Assembly: GCA_038249705.1 (NCBI GenBank)
Contig: JBBSDC010000001.1
Span: 103 to 64,102 of the forward strand
Direction of reading: 5' to 3'
Length of the DNA stretch: 64,000 nucleotides
Origin: Bacteroidales bacterium
GTDB lineage: Bacteria > Bacteroidota > Bacteroidia > Bacteroidales > UBA4417
Shown: in pieces, positions 19,767 to 28,979 of the stretch
Layout of the letters: each line of letters opens with the position of its first letter
Position numbering within the stretch: the first letter of the stretch is position 1
The notes under the pieces: model-generated
What the model was told of the DNA's origin: nothing
The model's database searches: none
What the model saw: only the letters and a program-made list of their open reading frames with translations
Translations under genes and position numbers: made by a program

Positions 19767-19797
19767 AAAAGGAGTGCTTTGCACTCCTTTTTTTATT
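19767..19797 (+). terminator. intrinsic terminator
   Basis: ggagtgc-ttt-gcactcc hairpin followed by a T7 run. Confidence 0.8.
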
Positions 19798-19870
19798 TTT
19801 AGAACAGTTTAACTACTTTTGTAAAGGCTCTTCCTCCATATTTGTTTTATTAACCTGCGGCCTTTTATAC

Positions 19871-20191
19871 ATGAAACATATTACTACACACGATCTGAAA
19901 GCGAAAATAGATAATCATGAAATGTTTCAACTTATTGATACACGTGATGTTGAAAAATTTAGCGAGTGTCATCTCGAAGGTGCCATTCATATCCCACAGA
20001 TTGATCTTCCCGAATTGAGCCATCTGATATCCAAAGAAATACCAGTTATTATTTATTGCCTGTATGGCGTTAAAAGTCAGGCGCCTTATTTGTATCTGAC
20101 CGAAAAATTAAAATTCAGAAATATTTATATATTGGAAGGTGGAATATTTCAATGGGCAACTGATTTTGATCCGACCATGCCGGTTTTATGA
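19871..20191 (+). CDS. rhodanese-like domain protein
   Basis: 106 aa single rhodanese fold (...LIDTRD...F...GHLEGAIHIP...IIYCLYGVKS...) with the active-site Cys loop CLYGVKS. Confidence 0.8.
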   Translation: MKHITTHDLKAKIDNHEMFQLIDTRDVEKFSECHLEGAIHIPQIDLPELSHLISKEIPVIIYCLYGVKSQAPYLYLTEKLKFRNIYILEGGIFQWATDFDPTMPVL

Positions 20192-20201
20192 TTTAGTATT
20201 C

Positions 20202-21035
20202 TCAACCGAAATTTATACCTATCCCTAGAAGTATCCTATATAGTATAATAATAGCCGCAGTTCCAATTAAAAGTTTGAGGTTCAGGTTTATCGATTTTTC
20301 TGTTTCTTCAAAATAAAAGACAGGAAAACGTCCAATGCCCCAAAATAACGGTAGCAAAATAAATATAGGGATAATCAACATCAGGTTTTCGTACAATGTG
20401 TTCGGGAACTTGAGTACCAGCAGAATAAAAGTTGAAAATAAATATGGAAATATAAACTGATCTCTTCGGAAAACGGGCCGCATTTGTGGCGAAAGGAATT
20501 TGAAATAAATATTGGCAGTAAACAAAAAAGGCTTCACCATAGCCATACCTATTGCTATAAGTAGCAATAGTCCGGTAAACAACAGTAGCATTTTAGCTGT
20601 ATCAGCCAGGTAAAGGTAACTCAGTACAATTCCAAATCCTTCGAAATTGAATGCTCCGAAAATAAATGAGCCTAAAAGCATTGAAACAGCGTGAATAAAA
20701 CCCCATACAAAAAACAAACGAAGGAATCCATCAAATTCAATAGCTTTGAAAATCACTACTAAAAATGTGATTGAAAGCAGGAATAACAGAACATTTCCCG
20801 AACTATAAATTACTTTTACCGAGTCAAAAGTCCAGGCTTCGGGTCGAACATTAAATCCAATCCTGTTGTAATACAATGTATTAGGAATATCAAATCCAGT
20901 TGAGACAATAATAGTAGTGAACTGGAATAACATATAAACAAACATATAGGCCAACAGGTAAAAAGCTGTTGAATTGACAATTATGTATAACGATTTACGT
21001 TTATCTATCTGCATCGGTTGGACTGATTGATTCAC
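20202..21035 (-). CDS. hypothetical integral membrane protein
   Basis: 277 aa with about 8 hydrophobic helices and no motif that I recognise. Confidence 0.6.
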   Translation of the reverse strand: MNQSVQPMQIDKRKSLYIIVNSTAFYLLAYMFVYMLFQFTTIIVSTGFDIPNTLYYNRIGFNVRPEAWTFDSVKVIYSSGNVLLFLLSITFLVVIFKAIEFDGFLRLFFVWGFIHAVSMLLGSFIFGAFNFEGFGIVLSYLYLADTAKMLLLFTGLLLLIAIGMAMVKPFLFTANIYFKFLSPQMRPVFRRDQFIFPYLFSTFILLVLKFPNTLYENLMLIIPIFILLPLFWGIGRFPVFYFEETEKSINLNLKLLIGTAAIIILYRILLGIGINFG

Positions 21036-21057
21036 AAAACTAAAACAGTTGAGGCAA

Positions 21058-21091
21058 AATAAAAAATGCCCGGCTTACAAACCAGGCATTT
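21058..21091 (-). terminator. intrinsic terminator after the alpha-oxoamine synthase gene
   Basis: On the minus strand, aatgcctgg...ccgggcatt forms a hairpin with one mismatch, followed by a T-run. Confidence 0.6.
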
Positions 21092-21114
21092 TTCAAATTT
21101 TTATTTAGTTCAGT

Positions 21115-22407
21115 TTACAGATTGGAAATATCGGCAAACGCAATATTTGCATATTCTCCGTTTATGAGTTTAGCATTAATTTCCTTGAAAGCTTCAATTG
21201 TATATTTTACATCTTCCAGAGTGTGAACAGCTGTAGGAATAAGCCTAAGCATAATAACTCCCTTTGGTACAACAGGATACGTAACAATTGAGCAGAAAAT
21301 ATTATATTTTTCGCGCATTTCAACCGTTATGTTTGTTGCTTCAGGAATAGTGCCATTGAGCATAACCGGAGTTACCGGAGATTCCGTATTACCGATGTTG
21401 AAACCCGCCTCACGCAAACCTTTTTGCAAAGCTTCGACAATTCGCCACAAATTTTTCCTGAGTTCCGGCTGAGTACGTACAAGGTCAAGTCGTTTCAAAG
21501 CACCCATAACCATTGGCATTGGCAATGATTTTGCAAATATCTGCGAACGCATATTATGTTTAAGGAAATCAATAATTTCCTTATTAGAAGCAATGAAACC
21601 GCCAATTCCAGCCATTGATTTGGCGAAAGTACCAAAATACATGTCAACGCCTTCCTGCACGCCTAAATACTCATCAGTACCGGCACCCGTTGGTCCCATT
21701 GTGCCAAATCCATGTGCATCATCGATAAGCAGTCTGAAATTGAATTCTTTCTTTAGTTCAACAATTTCCCTGATTTTGCCAAGATCGCCTGACATTCCAT
21801 AAACACCCTCAGTTATAACCAGTATTCCACCACCGGTCTGATTGGTAAGCCTGGTAGCTCTTTCGAGTCCTTTACGGAGGTTTTCCATATTGTTATGAGG
21901 GTACACAAACCTTTTGCCCATATGCAGCCTCATGCCATCAATTATACAGGCGTGTGCTTCGCTATCGTAAACAATTACATCATTACGGTCCACCATTGAG
22001 TCAATTACGGAAATCATGCCCTGGTATCCAAAATTCAAAAGAAAAGAAGCTTCTTTATTGACAAAAGCGGCAAGTTCGCGTTCAAGTTGTTCGTGATATA
22101 CTGTTTGTCCACTCATCATTCGGGCACCCATCGGATATGCCATTCCCCATTTTGCAGCAGCTTCTGCATCCGTTTTACGTACTTCGGGATGGTTGGCTAA
22201 ACCGAGATAGTTGTTAAGGCTCCAAACAAGGCGCTCTTTTCCTCTGAATATCATCTTATTTCCAATTTCACCTTCCAGTTTAGGAAACATAAAATATCCG
22301 TCAGCTTGCTTTGCATACATACCTAAAGGGCCCAGATTACGAACACGTTTTTCAAAAAGATCCACAATATCAGTGTTTAAGGTTAAAGTTATATTTTTAT
22401 GCTGCAA
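21115..22407 (-). CDS. PLP-dependent alpha-oxoamine synthase, serine palmitoyltransferase-like
   Basis: 430 aa. ...NNYLGLANHP..., DDAHG and the PLP-lysine block GTFAKSMAGIGGF resemble the SPT GTFSKS..GG motif more than the Kbl or BioF motifs. Confidence 0.8.
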   Translation of the reverse strand: MQHKNITLTLNTDIVDLFEKRVRNLGPLGMYAKQADGYFMFPKLEGEIGNKMIFRGKERLVWSLNNYLGLANHPEVRKTDAEAAAKWGMAYPMGARMMSGQTVYHEQLERELAAFVNKEASFLLNFGYQGMISVIDSMVDRNDVIVYDSEAHACIIDGMRLHMGKRFVYPHNNMENLRKGLERATRLTNQTGGGILVITEGVYGMSGDLGKIREIVELKKEFNFRLLIDDAHGFGTMGPTGAGTDEYLGVQEGVDMYFGTFAKSMAGIGGFIASNKEIIDFLKHNMRSQIFAKSLPMPMVMGALKRLDLVRTQPELRKNLWRIVEALQKGLREAGFNIGNTESPVTPVMLNGTIPEATNITVEMREKYNIFCSIVTYPVVPKGVIMLRLIPTAVHTLEDVKYTIEAFKEINAKLINGEYANIAFADISNL

Positions 22408-22490
22408 AACTACTAAACTTTACAAGAAGGTTGATTGTTTTAAAACAAACAATTTGAGATCAACACATAAAATCATCGTAAATTGCGCAC

Positions 22491-23831
22491 ATGTCATTGA
22501 TTAAAGATAATACCCAAACTATCGCTGTATTTTGGTTTAGGCGCGATTTAAGGCTGAATGATAATGCAGGCCTTTACCACGCATTGACTTCAGGTTTTAA
22601 AGTGCTGCCTGTTTTTATTTTTGATACTACTATTTTAGATAACTTAAATACTGACGATAAAAGGGTTAGTTTTATTTCACAGGCATTGGATTCCGTTAAC
22701 CTTGTGCTTGCCCGGTTTCATACAGCCGTTCAGATTCTTTATGGTACGCCGGCTAAACTATTCGCTGAATTACTCCAAACTTATTCAATAAGTATAGTAT
22801 TTACGAATCATGATTATGAACCTTATGCGCTGGAACGCGATCATCAGGTAAAAATAATGCTGGCTGAAAATGGAGTTTCATTTTGTACTTTTAAGGATCA
22901 GGTTATTTTCGAGAAAAATGAAATTGTAAAAGCAAATGGCGAGCCTTATACCGTTTTTACTCCATACAGCCGTAAGTGGCTCGAAAAGCTAAATTTAAAT
23001 ACTGAGCTGATCCACAGTTTTAATTCAGATGATTATTTGTGCAATTTTTTTGAAACAGAAACAAGCCGGAGCTTGCATTTATGTGATTTTGGTTTTAAAG
23101 AAATACAAAATGTTTACAAGCCGTTTGAGCTCAATGAAAATTCACTTCATTCGTACGACAAAACCCGTAATTTCCCGGCTCTGGATTCAACAAGTAAGGT
23201 GAGTGTACATTTGCGTTTCGGAACAATTAGCATAAGGAATTTAGTAGCTAAAGCCCTCAATACCAACTTGATTTGGCTTAACGAACTCATTTGGCGCGAA
23301 TTTTTTATGCAGATTTTGTGGCATTTTCCACATGTAGTAAATCAACCTTTCAAAGCTAAATATCAATTTATCAATTGGTTAAATAACGACACCGATTTCA
23401 GCAGGTGGTGCAAAGGCGAAACAGGTTATCCTTTGGTTGATGCCGGCATGCGCGAACTCAACGCTACCGGCTTTATGCATAACCGGATCCGGATGGTAAC
23501 AGCCAGCTTTCTGGTAAAACATCTACTGATAAACTGGCAATGGGGAGAAGCCTATATGGCAGATAAATTACTGGATTTTGAACTGTCATCGAACAATGGC
23601 AACTGGCAATGGGCAGCCGGAACAGGTTGTGATTCAGCACCATATTTTCGTATTTTTAATCCAATGAGCCAGGCCGCGAAATTTGATTCTCAAAATATTT
23701 ACATTAAAAAATGGGTACCAGAGTTTGGAAGCAGCTCCTATATTCAACCCATAATCGATCATAGTTTTGCACGTTCGCGCTGTCTCTTAACTTATAAATC
23801 CGCATTGGAAACAACTTTTAATAATATTTAA
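22491..23831 (+). CDS. deoxyribodipyrimidine photolyase / cryptochrome family protein
   Basis: 446 aa. N-terminal WFRRDLRLNDN, and a C-terminal FAD-binding block ...WREFF...TGYPLVDAGMREL..TGFMHNR.RM..ASFL...W..G...F...L.D.....N.G.WQW.AG.G.D..PYFRIFNP... Confidence 0.9.
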   Translation: MSLIKDNTQTIAVFWFRRDLRLNDNAGLYHALTSGFKVLPVFIFDTTILDNLNTDDKRVSFISQALDSVNLVLARFHTAVQILYGTPAKLFAELLQTYSISIVFTNHDYEPYALERDHQVKIMLAENGVSFCTFKDQVIFEKNEIVKANGEPYTVFTPYSRKWLEKLNLNTELIHSFNSDDYLCNFFETETSRSLHLCDFGFKEIQNVYKPFELNENSLHSYDKTRNFPALDSTSKVSVHLRFGTISIRNLVAKALNTNLIWLNELIWREFFMQILWHFPHVVNQPFKAKYQFINWLNNDTDFSRWCKGETGYPLVDAGMRELNATGFMHNRIRMVTASFLVKHLLINWQWGEAYMADKLLDFELSSNNGNWQWAAGTGCDSAPYFRIFNPMSQAAKFDSQNIYIKKWVPEFGSSSYIQPIIDHSFARSRCLLTYKSALETTFNNI

Positions 23832-23888
23832 CTAAATGTAGACAATACCTGCTATGTATAAGCGTTTCATAATTCGGGTTAAAATTTG

Positions 23889-23896
23889 TACTTTTG
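23889..23896 (+). promoter_or_regulatory. -7 box TACTTTTG ending only 5 nt before the bamD ATG
   Basis: Exact TAnnTTTG match at 23889-23896; the ATG is at 23901. Confidence 0.4.
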
Positions 23897-23900
23897 CAGC

Positions 23901-24695
23901 ATGATCAGAAAACCGGTTATCTATATAGTTTTGGTGTTATCCTCCGTGATAATGTCATGTAGTCCTTATCAGAAACTTTTAAAAGGCTCGGACAGTGAAC
24001 TTAAATATACAAAGGCACTTGAATATTACGAGAAGAAAGATTATCTGAAAGCACAACAACTTTTTGAGCAGATACAGTCAATCTTCAGGGGAACTGATAA
24101 GGCTGAGAAAATTGCATATTATAATGCTCAATGCTATTACAAGCAGCGCGATTACATCCTCGCCGGTTATTATTTCAAGTCATTTGTAACAAATTTCTCC
24201 ATAAGTCCATATGCAGAAGAAGCATTATTTCTGAGTGCATATTGCAATTATCTCGATTCGCCCCGTTCGTCGCTCGACCAAAGCTCCACAACGGCAGCAA
24301 TTTCATCCCTGCAGATTTTCGTAAACCAATATCCTAAAAGCAGCCGGGTAGAAGAATGCAATAAACTTATTGACGAACTGCGGTCAAAGCTTGAAAAGAA
24401 AGATATTGATATAGCAATGCTGTATTACAAAATGGCTGATTACAAAGCAGCTGTAGTCTCCTATAATAATGTATTAAAGGATTATCCTGATACTAAATCA
24501 AAGGAGTTAATTCTCTACTCGATATTACAATCGAAATATCAATACGCATCTAAAAGCATATACGAAAAACGCCGCGAACGATTAACAGATGCAATGGATG
24601 CTTACGATGAACTTTCTGCAGGTTTTCCTGTCGGAGATTATAGCACCAAAGCTCTGGCGATCAAAAATGACATTTTAAAAGCATTAAATAACTAA
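23901..24695 (+). CDS. bamD: outer membrane protein assembly factor BamD (TPR lipoprotein)
   Basis: Signal peptide plus lipobox (VIMSC), TPR-like repeats, and the conserved bamD-rpoZ-coaBC order. I prefer the ATG at 23901 to the TTG at 23886. Confidence 0.8.
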   Translation: MIRKPVIYIVLVLSSVIMSCSPYQKLLKGSDSELKYTKALEYYEKKDYLKAQQLFEQIQSIFRGTDKAEKIAYYNAQCYYKQRDYILAGYYFKSFVTNFSISPYAEEALFLSAYCNYLDSPRSSLDQSSTTAAISSLQIFVNQYPKSSRVEECNKLIDELRSKLEKKDIDIAMLYYKMADYKAAVVSYNNVLKDYPDTKSKELILYSILQSKYQYASKSIYEKRRERLTDAMDAYDELSAGFPVGDYSTKALAIKNDILKALNN

Positions 24696-24720
24696 TTCAC
24701 GTCAACAAACACTTAATCAT

Positions 24721-25056
24721 ATGGATATTAAAAAGTTGAAAATTGAAACAACTACCATAACCCGTAATATGTCGGAACTTAACGAACCTACCGATAATAT
24801 TTACGAATCAGTTTCAATTATTGCCAAAAGAGCCAACCAGATTGCTCAGGAGATAAAAGAAGAATTGAACTCCAAGATTGAAGAGTTTGCTACACCCAGC
24901 GATAACCTGGAAGAAGTTTTTGAAAACCGGGAGCAGATTGAACTCGCAAAATACTATGAAAATCTGCCTAAACCTACACTGATTGCAACCAACGAATTTC
25001 TGAAAGATCAGATTTTCTCGCGTAATCCGCTGAAAGAAAAAAGCAACGAGTGGTAA
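24721..25056 (+). CDS. rpoZ: DNA-directed RNA polymerase subunit omega
   Basis: 111 aa. ...NIYESVSIIAKRANQI... is the omega helix motif, and the position between bamD and coaBC is typical for Bacteroidota. Confidence 0.75.
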   Translation: MDIKKLKIETTTITRNMSELNEPTDNIYESVSIIAKRANQIAQEIKEELNSKIEEFATPSDNLEEVFENREQIELAKYYENLPKPTLIATNEFLKDQIFSRNPLKEKSNEW

Positions 25057-25075
25057 ACTACTTTTGCGTGAACTG

Positions 25076-26275
25076 ATGCTAAAAGGAAAAAAAATTCTTG
25101 TCGGAATTACAGGTGGCATCGCTGCTTACAAAATTCCTTTTCTGGTGCGACTTCTTATTAAAGAGGGTGCTTCAGTAAAGGTTATCATGACAACCGAAGC
25201 CTGTAACTTTGTAACTCCTCTTACTCTTTCAGCATTATCGCAAAACCCTGTTTCAATTGAGCCTTTCAATCAGGTTGATGGTAGCTGGCACAGTCATATT
25301 GAATTGGGAAGCTGGGCCGACGTTTTTGTAATCGCTCCTCTAACTGCCAATACCATGGCAAAAATGGCAACAGGAATTACCGACAGTCTCTTGTTAGCCA
25401 CATATCTTGCTGCCCGTTGTCCTGTGTTTTTTGCACCCTCAATGGATGTTGATATGTACCATCATAAAACAACGCAGCATAATATTTCGGTTTTGCAATC
25501 GCATGGAAATCTGCTCGTTGCTCCACAGTCAGGCGAACTGGCCAGTGGACTTACCGGCATGGGACGCCTGGAAGAGCCGCAGCAAATAGTGGGGATTCTT
25601 CAAACTTATTTTGCAAAGAAACAGACACTTTACGGTAAGAATGTACTCATTTCGAGCGGCCCAACTATTGAGACGATCGATCCGGTAAGGTATATCAGCA
25701 ACCATTCAACCGGACGTATGGGTTATGCCCTGGCTATAGAAGCTGCTATGCGCGGAGCTCAGGTTACTTTTGTATCGGGTCCGGTGAATAATTACCCTGA
25801 TCATAAGTCCATTAAAGTGATTAAGGTTGATTCAGCAGCTGAAATGCATTCTTCTCTGTTAAGTGCTTTTGATCAGTCTGATATTACCATAATGGCTGCA
25901 GCAATAGCTGATTATACCCCGCAATATCCTGCTAAAGAAAAACTTAAGAAAAAAGAAGATACCTTCACCTTAAATCTCATCAAAACTATTGATATACTTT
26001 CTGATTTAGGGAAACGAAAGAAACAAAATCAGTTGCTTGTTGGTTTTGCCCTCGAAACGAATGATGAACTACAAAATGCTTCTCTGAAATTGCAATCGAA
26101 AAACCTTGATTTCATTGTCCTAAATTCACTCAAAGATGAAGGATCGGGGTTTGGTTTTGAAACAAACAAAATCAGTATTATTGATAAAGGTTTAAATGTC
26201 AGCAATTTTGACCTTAAAACCAAACAGGAAGTTGCCGCTGATATTTTTAATCACATCCAGAAAGAAATAGCTTAG
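25076..26275 (+). CDS. coaBC: bifunctional phosphopantothenoylcysteine decarboxylase / phosphopantothenate-cysteine ligase
   Basis: GKKILVGITGGIAAYK flavoprotein N-terminus, PAMN-like PLTANTMAK, and a C-terminal CoaB half (...ISNHSTGRMG...AAA.ADY...). I prefer the ATG at 25076 over the TTG at 25064. Confidence 0.92.
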   Translation: MLKGKKILVGITGGIAAYKIPFLVRLLIKEGASVKVIMTTEACNFVTPLTLSALSQNPVSIEPFNQVDGSWHSHIELGSWADVFVIAPLTANTMAKMATGITDSLLLATYLAARCPVFFAPSMDVDMYHHKTTQHNISVLQSHGNLLVAPQSGELASGLTGMGRLEEPQQIVGILQTYFAKKQTLYGKNVLISSGPTIETIDPVRYISNHSTGRMGYALAIEAAMRGAQVTFVSGPVNNYPDHKSIKVIKVDSAAEMHSSLLSAFDQSDITIMAAAIADYTPQYPAKEKLKKKEDTFTLNLIKTIDILSDLGKRKKQNQLLVGFALETNDELQNASLKLQSKNLDFIVLNSLKDEGSGFGFETNKISIIDKGLNVSNFDLKTKQEVAADIFNHIQKEIA

Positions 26276-26300
26276 TATTTTACTTAAGAAACTTTAATAC

Positions 26301-27203
26301 ATGATCCGTACGATAATCGTTTTTCTGTTTTTGAGTGTTCCGTTTTTTTTAGGAGCTCAGGAATTCATGTGCCAGGTTTCTGTAAATGCTCCACAGATTG
26401 AGGGATCGGAAAAAAAAGTTTTCCAAACGCTACAATCGGAGATTTATGAATTTGTGAATAACCGTAAATGGACGAATTTTATATTCAAAACTGAAGAACG
26501 GATCGAGTGTTCAATCATGATTACAATTTCCGAACGTACTTCGAGTGATCAGTTTAAAGGAAAGATTAATGTTGTGTTACAGCGGCCTGTATATAAAACC
26601 AGCTATAATACAAATTTGCTCAATCTGGTTGATAATGATTTTACTTTCCGTTATGTCGAATATGCACCTCTTGAATATAATGACGATGCTTTTACTTCGA
26701 ATTTAACATCTACCATTGCATACTACCTCTATGTTATGCTCGGTATTGATGCTGATACGTTTAGTAAAACCGGCGGCACGCCATATTACGAAAAAGCACG
26801 TGCTGTGGTTAATGCAGCACAAAATGCTCCTGATCGCGGATGGAAATCTTTCGAAAGTCAGAAAAACCGTTATTGGCTTGTCGAAAACCTTTTGAATAAT
26901 TCCTACAACCAGTTTCGCGATGGTTTATACGCGTACCATCGGGGAGGGTTAGATATTATGTCTGAAAATATGGATCTTGGCAGGGGTGGAGTTAATGATT
27001 GTCTTGAAAGCATTCAAAAAGTTAACCGCGAAAAAACCGGTCTCTATATCGTTCAGCTGTTTATTGAAGCTAAAAGAGATGAACTTATAAATATCTATTC
27101 ACAGGCTTCGCCAATGGACAAAACCAAAGCCGTGAATATATTGAAAGAGATTGATCCTGCCAATTCGTCGAAGTATCAGCAGATCATGCAACAAGGCAAA
27201 TAA
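26301..27203 (+). CDS. DUF4835-family protein (family I recall being linked to type IX secretion as PorD)
   Basis: 300 aa with a signal peptide. The position between coaBC and recN is the conserved Bacteroidota location of DUF4835. The functional label is tentative. Confidence 0.6.
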   Translation: MIRTIIVFLFLSVPFFLGAQEFMCQVSVNAPQIEGSEKKVFQTLQSEIYEFVNNRKWTNFIFKTEERIECSIMITISERTSSDQFKGKINVVLQRPVYKTSYNTNLLNLVDNDFTFRYVEYAPLEYNDDAFTSNLTSTIAYYLYVMLGIDADTFSKTGGTPYYEKARAVVNAAQNAPDRGWKSFESQKNRYWLVENLLNNSYNQFRDGLYAYHRGGLDIMSENMDLGRGGVNDCLESIQKVNREKTGLYIVQLFIEAKRDELINIYSQASPMDKTKAVNILKEIDPANSSKYQQIMQQGK

Positions 27204-27224
27204 CCTTAATTTAGCACTATTTCT

Positions 27225-27232
27225 TATATTTG
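27225..27232 (+). promoter_or_regulatory. -7 box TATATTTG upstream of recN
   Basis: Exact TAnnTTTG match 26 nt upstream of the ATG at 27258. Confidence 0.45.
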
Positions 27233-27257
27233 CTTACCTAAAGCTAAACAACAAGAC

Positions 27258-28919
27258 ATGCTACTGCATTTGTCAGTCGAAAATTTTATACTCATCCCTC
27301 AACTCGAAATAAACTTTCATAAGGGATTTACTTGCATTACCGGAGAAACGGGGGCAGGAAAATCTATTCTGGTTGGAGCACTGTCACTAATTCTTGGTCA
27401 ACGGGCTGATACTTCCGTTTTAAGAGACAAAAATCAAAAGTGTATTGTCGAAGGAAGTTTTATGATCGACGGATACAGTCTGAATACTCTCTTCGAAAAA
27501 AATGATCTTGATTATGAGCCTACTTCGGTATTCAGGCGCGAGATTAATCCACAAGGCAAATCGCGCGCTTTTATCAACGATACGCCTGTAAATCTGAATG
27601 TTCTGAAAGAAATCGGCGACAGGCTGGTTGATATTCACTCACAGCACCAGACACTTGAATTGAATGATTCCGCTTTTCAGCTTGGTATGGTTGATTCATA
27701 TGCAAGTAACCATCAAACACTTGTATCTTACCGTAAACTATTCGTTGAATACAATTCAATAAAAGCTGAGTTGGATGAAAGCACAAAAAAAGAGCAGCAA
27801 AGTTTGAACGAACGCGAATATCTGAATTTTCAGTTTGATGAGCTTGAAAAAGCAAATCTTGGAGTCACCGAACAAGCAGAGGCCGAAGAAGAACTCGAAA
27901 TACTTACACACGCTGAGGAAATAAAATCGAGAACTTTTACATCCATAGGCTTACTAGTTGATAATGAATTAAATGTAACAGATCGTTTAGCCGAAATCAA
28001 GCAACTTCTTGATCAGGCTAGCAGGTTCAGTAGTCATATAACGCCATATGCTGAACGGATCGAAGGAAGCCTTATCGAAATAAAGGACATAGCCAACGAA
28101 CTCCGGATTTTTTCCGAGCAGGTGCATTTTGATCCTGAACGAATTGAAAAACTCGGACAACGACTCGATCTTATCTACCACCTGGAACAAAAACACCGGG
28201 TAAAATCAGTTAGCGAACTTCAGGTTATAATGAATGAATTATCAGAAAAACTTTTTGCAATAAGTTCTCTCGAAACCCGCATTGAAGAACTAACCCAGGC
28301 ACTGCAAGTAAAGGAAAGTGAACTTTCGGAGGTTTCTGCTGTTCTTTCTAAGCTAAGGAAATCGGTTATTCCAAATATAGAAACAGAAATGCACAAAGTG
28401 CTTGAAAATTTGGGGATGCCTTCAGCTAAATTCATCATTAAGCAGGAAACTTTGAGTTATTTTTCAGCATCCGGAACTGATAAAATCACCTTTCTTTTTT
28501 CTGCAAATAAAGGTGGGGAAATACGTGAAATTCAAAAAGTTGCTTCAGGTGGTGAATTATCCAGGCTTATGCTCGCATTGAAATCCCTGGTATTAAACCG
28601 CAGCTTACTTCCAACCATCCTTTTCGATGAAATAGATACCGGAGTTTCAGGCGATATTGCCGGAAAAGTAGGAACCATTATGCGCAATATGTCAACCCAT
28701 ATGCAGGTAATTGCAATCACACACCTTCCTCAGATTGCCGGAAAGGCTGACTCTCATTTACTTGCCTATAAACAGGATGGTGATACAACAACAGTTTCGA
28801 GCATGCGCATACTATCAAATGAAGACAGGGTAAATGAAATTGCGCGTATGCTAAGCGACGAAACCATAACCGAATCAGCTAAAATCACTGCAAGGGAGTT
28901 ATTAAACTTCCGGAATTAA
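27258..28919 (+). CDS. recN: DNA repair protein RecN (SMC-like ATPase)
   Basis: 553 aa with Walker A GETGAGKS, a long central coiled coil, and a C-terminal signature/Walker B ...ASGGELSRLMLALK...ILFDEIDTGVSG... Confidence 0.93.
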   Translation: MLLHLSVENFILIPQLEINFHKGFTCITGETGAGKSILVGALSLILGQRADTSVLRDKNQKCIVEGSFMIDGYSLNTLFEKNDLDYEPTSVFRREINPQGKSRAFINDTPVNLNVLKEIGDRLVDIHSQHQTLELNDSAFQLGMVDSYASNHQTLVSYRKLFVEYNSIKAELDESTKKEQQSLNEREYLNFQFDELEKANLGVTEQAEAEEELEILTHAEEIKSRTFTSIGLLVDNELNVTDRLAEIKQLLDQASRFSSHITPYAERIEGSLIEIKDIANELRIFSEQVHFDPERIEKLGQRLDLIYHLEQKHRVKSVSELQVIMNELSEKLFAISSLETRIEELTQALQVKESELSEVSAVLSKLRKSVIPNIETEMHKVLENLGMPSAKFIIKQETLSYFSASGTDKITFLFSANKGGEIREIQKVASGGELSRLMLALKSLVLNRSLLPTILFDEIDTGVSGDIAGKVGTIMRNMSTHMQVIAITHLPQIAGKADSHLLAYKQDGDTTTVSSMRILSNEDRVNEIARMLSDETITESAKITARELLNFRN

Positions 28920-28979
28920 TTTTCAATCAACTTCTTAAATAATCACATCAATTTCGAATTATTAATTAAAACAGATACA

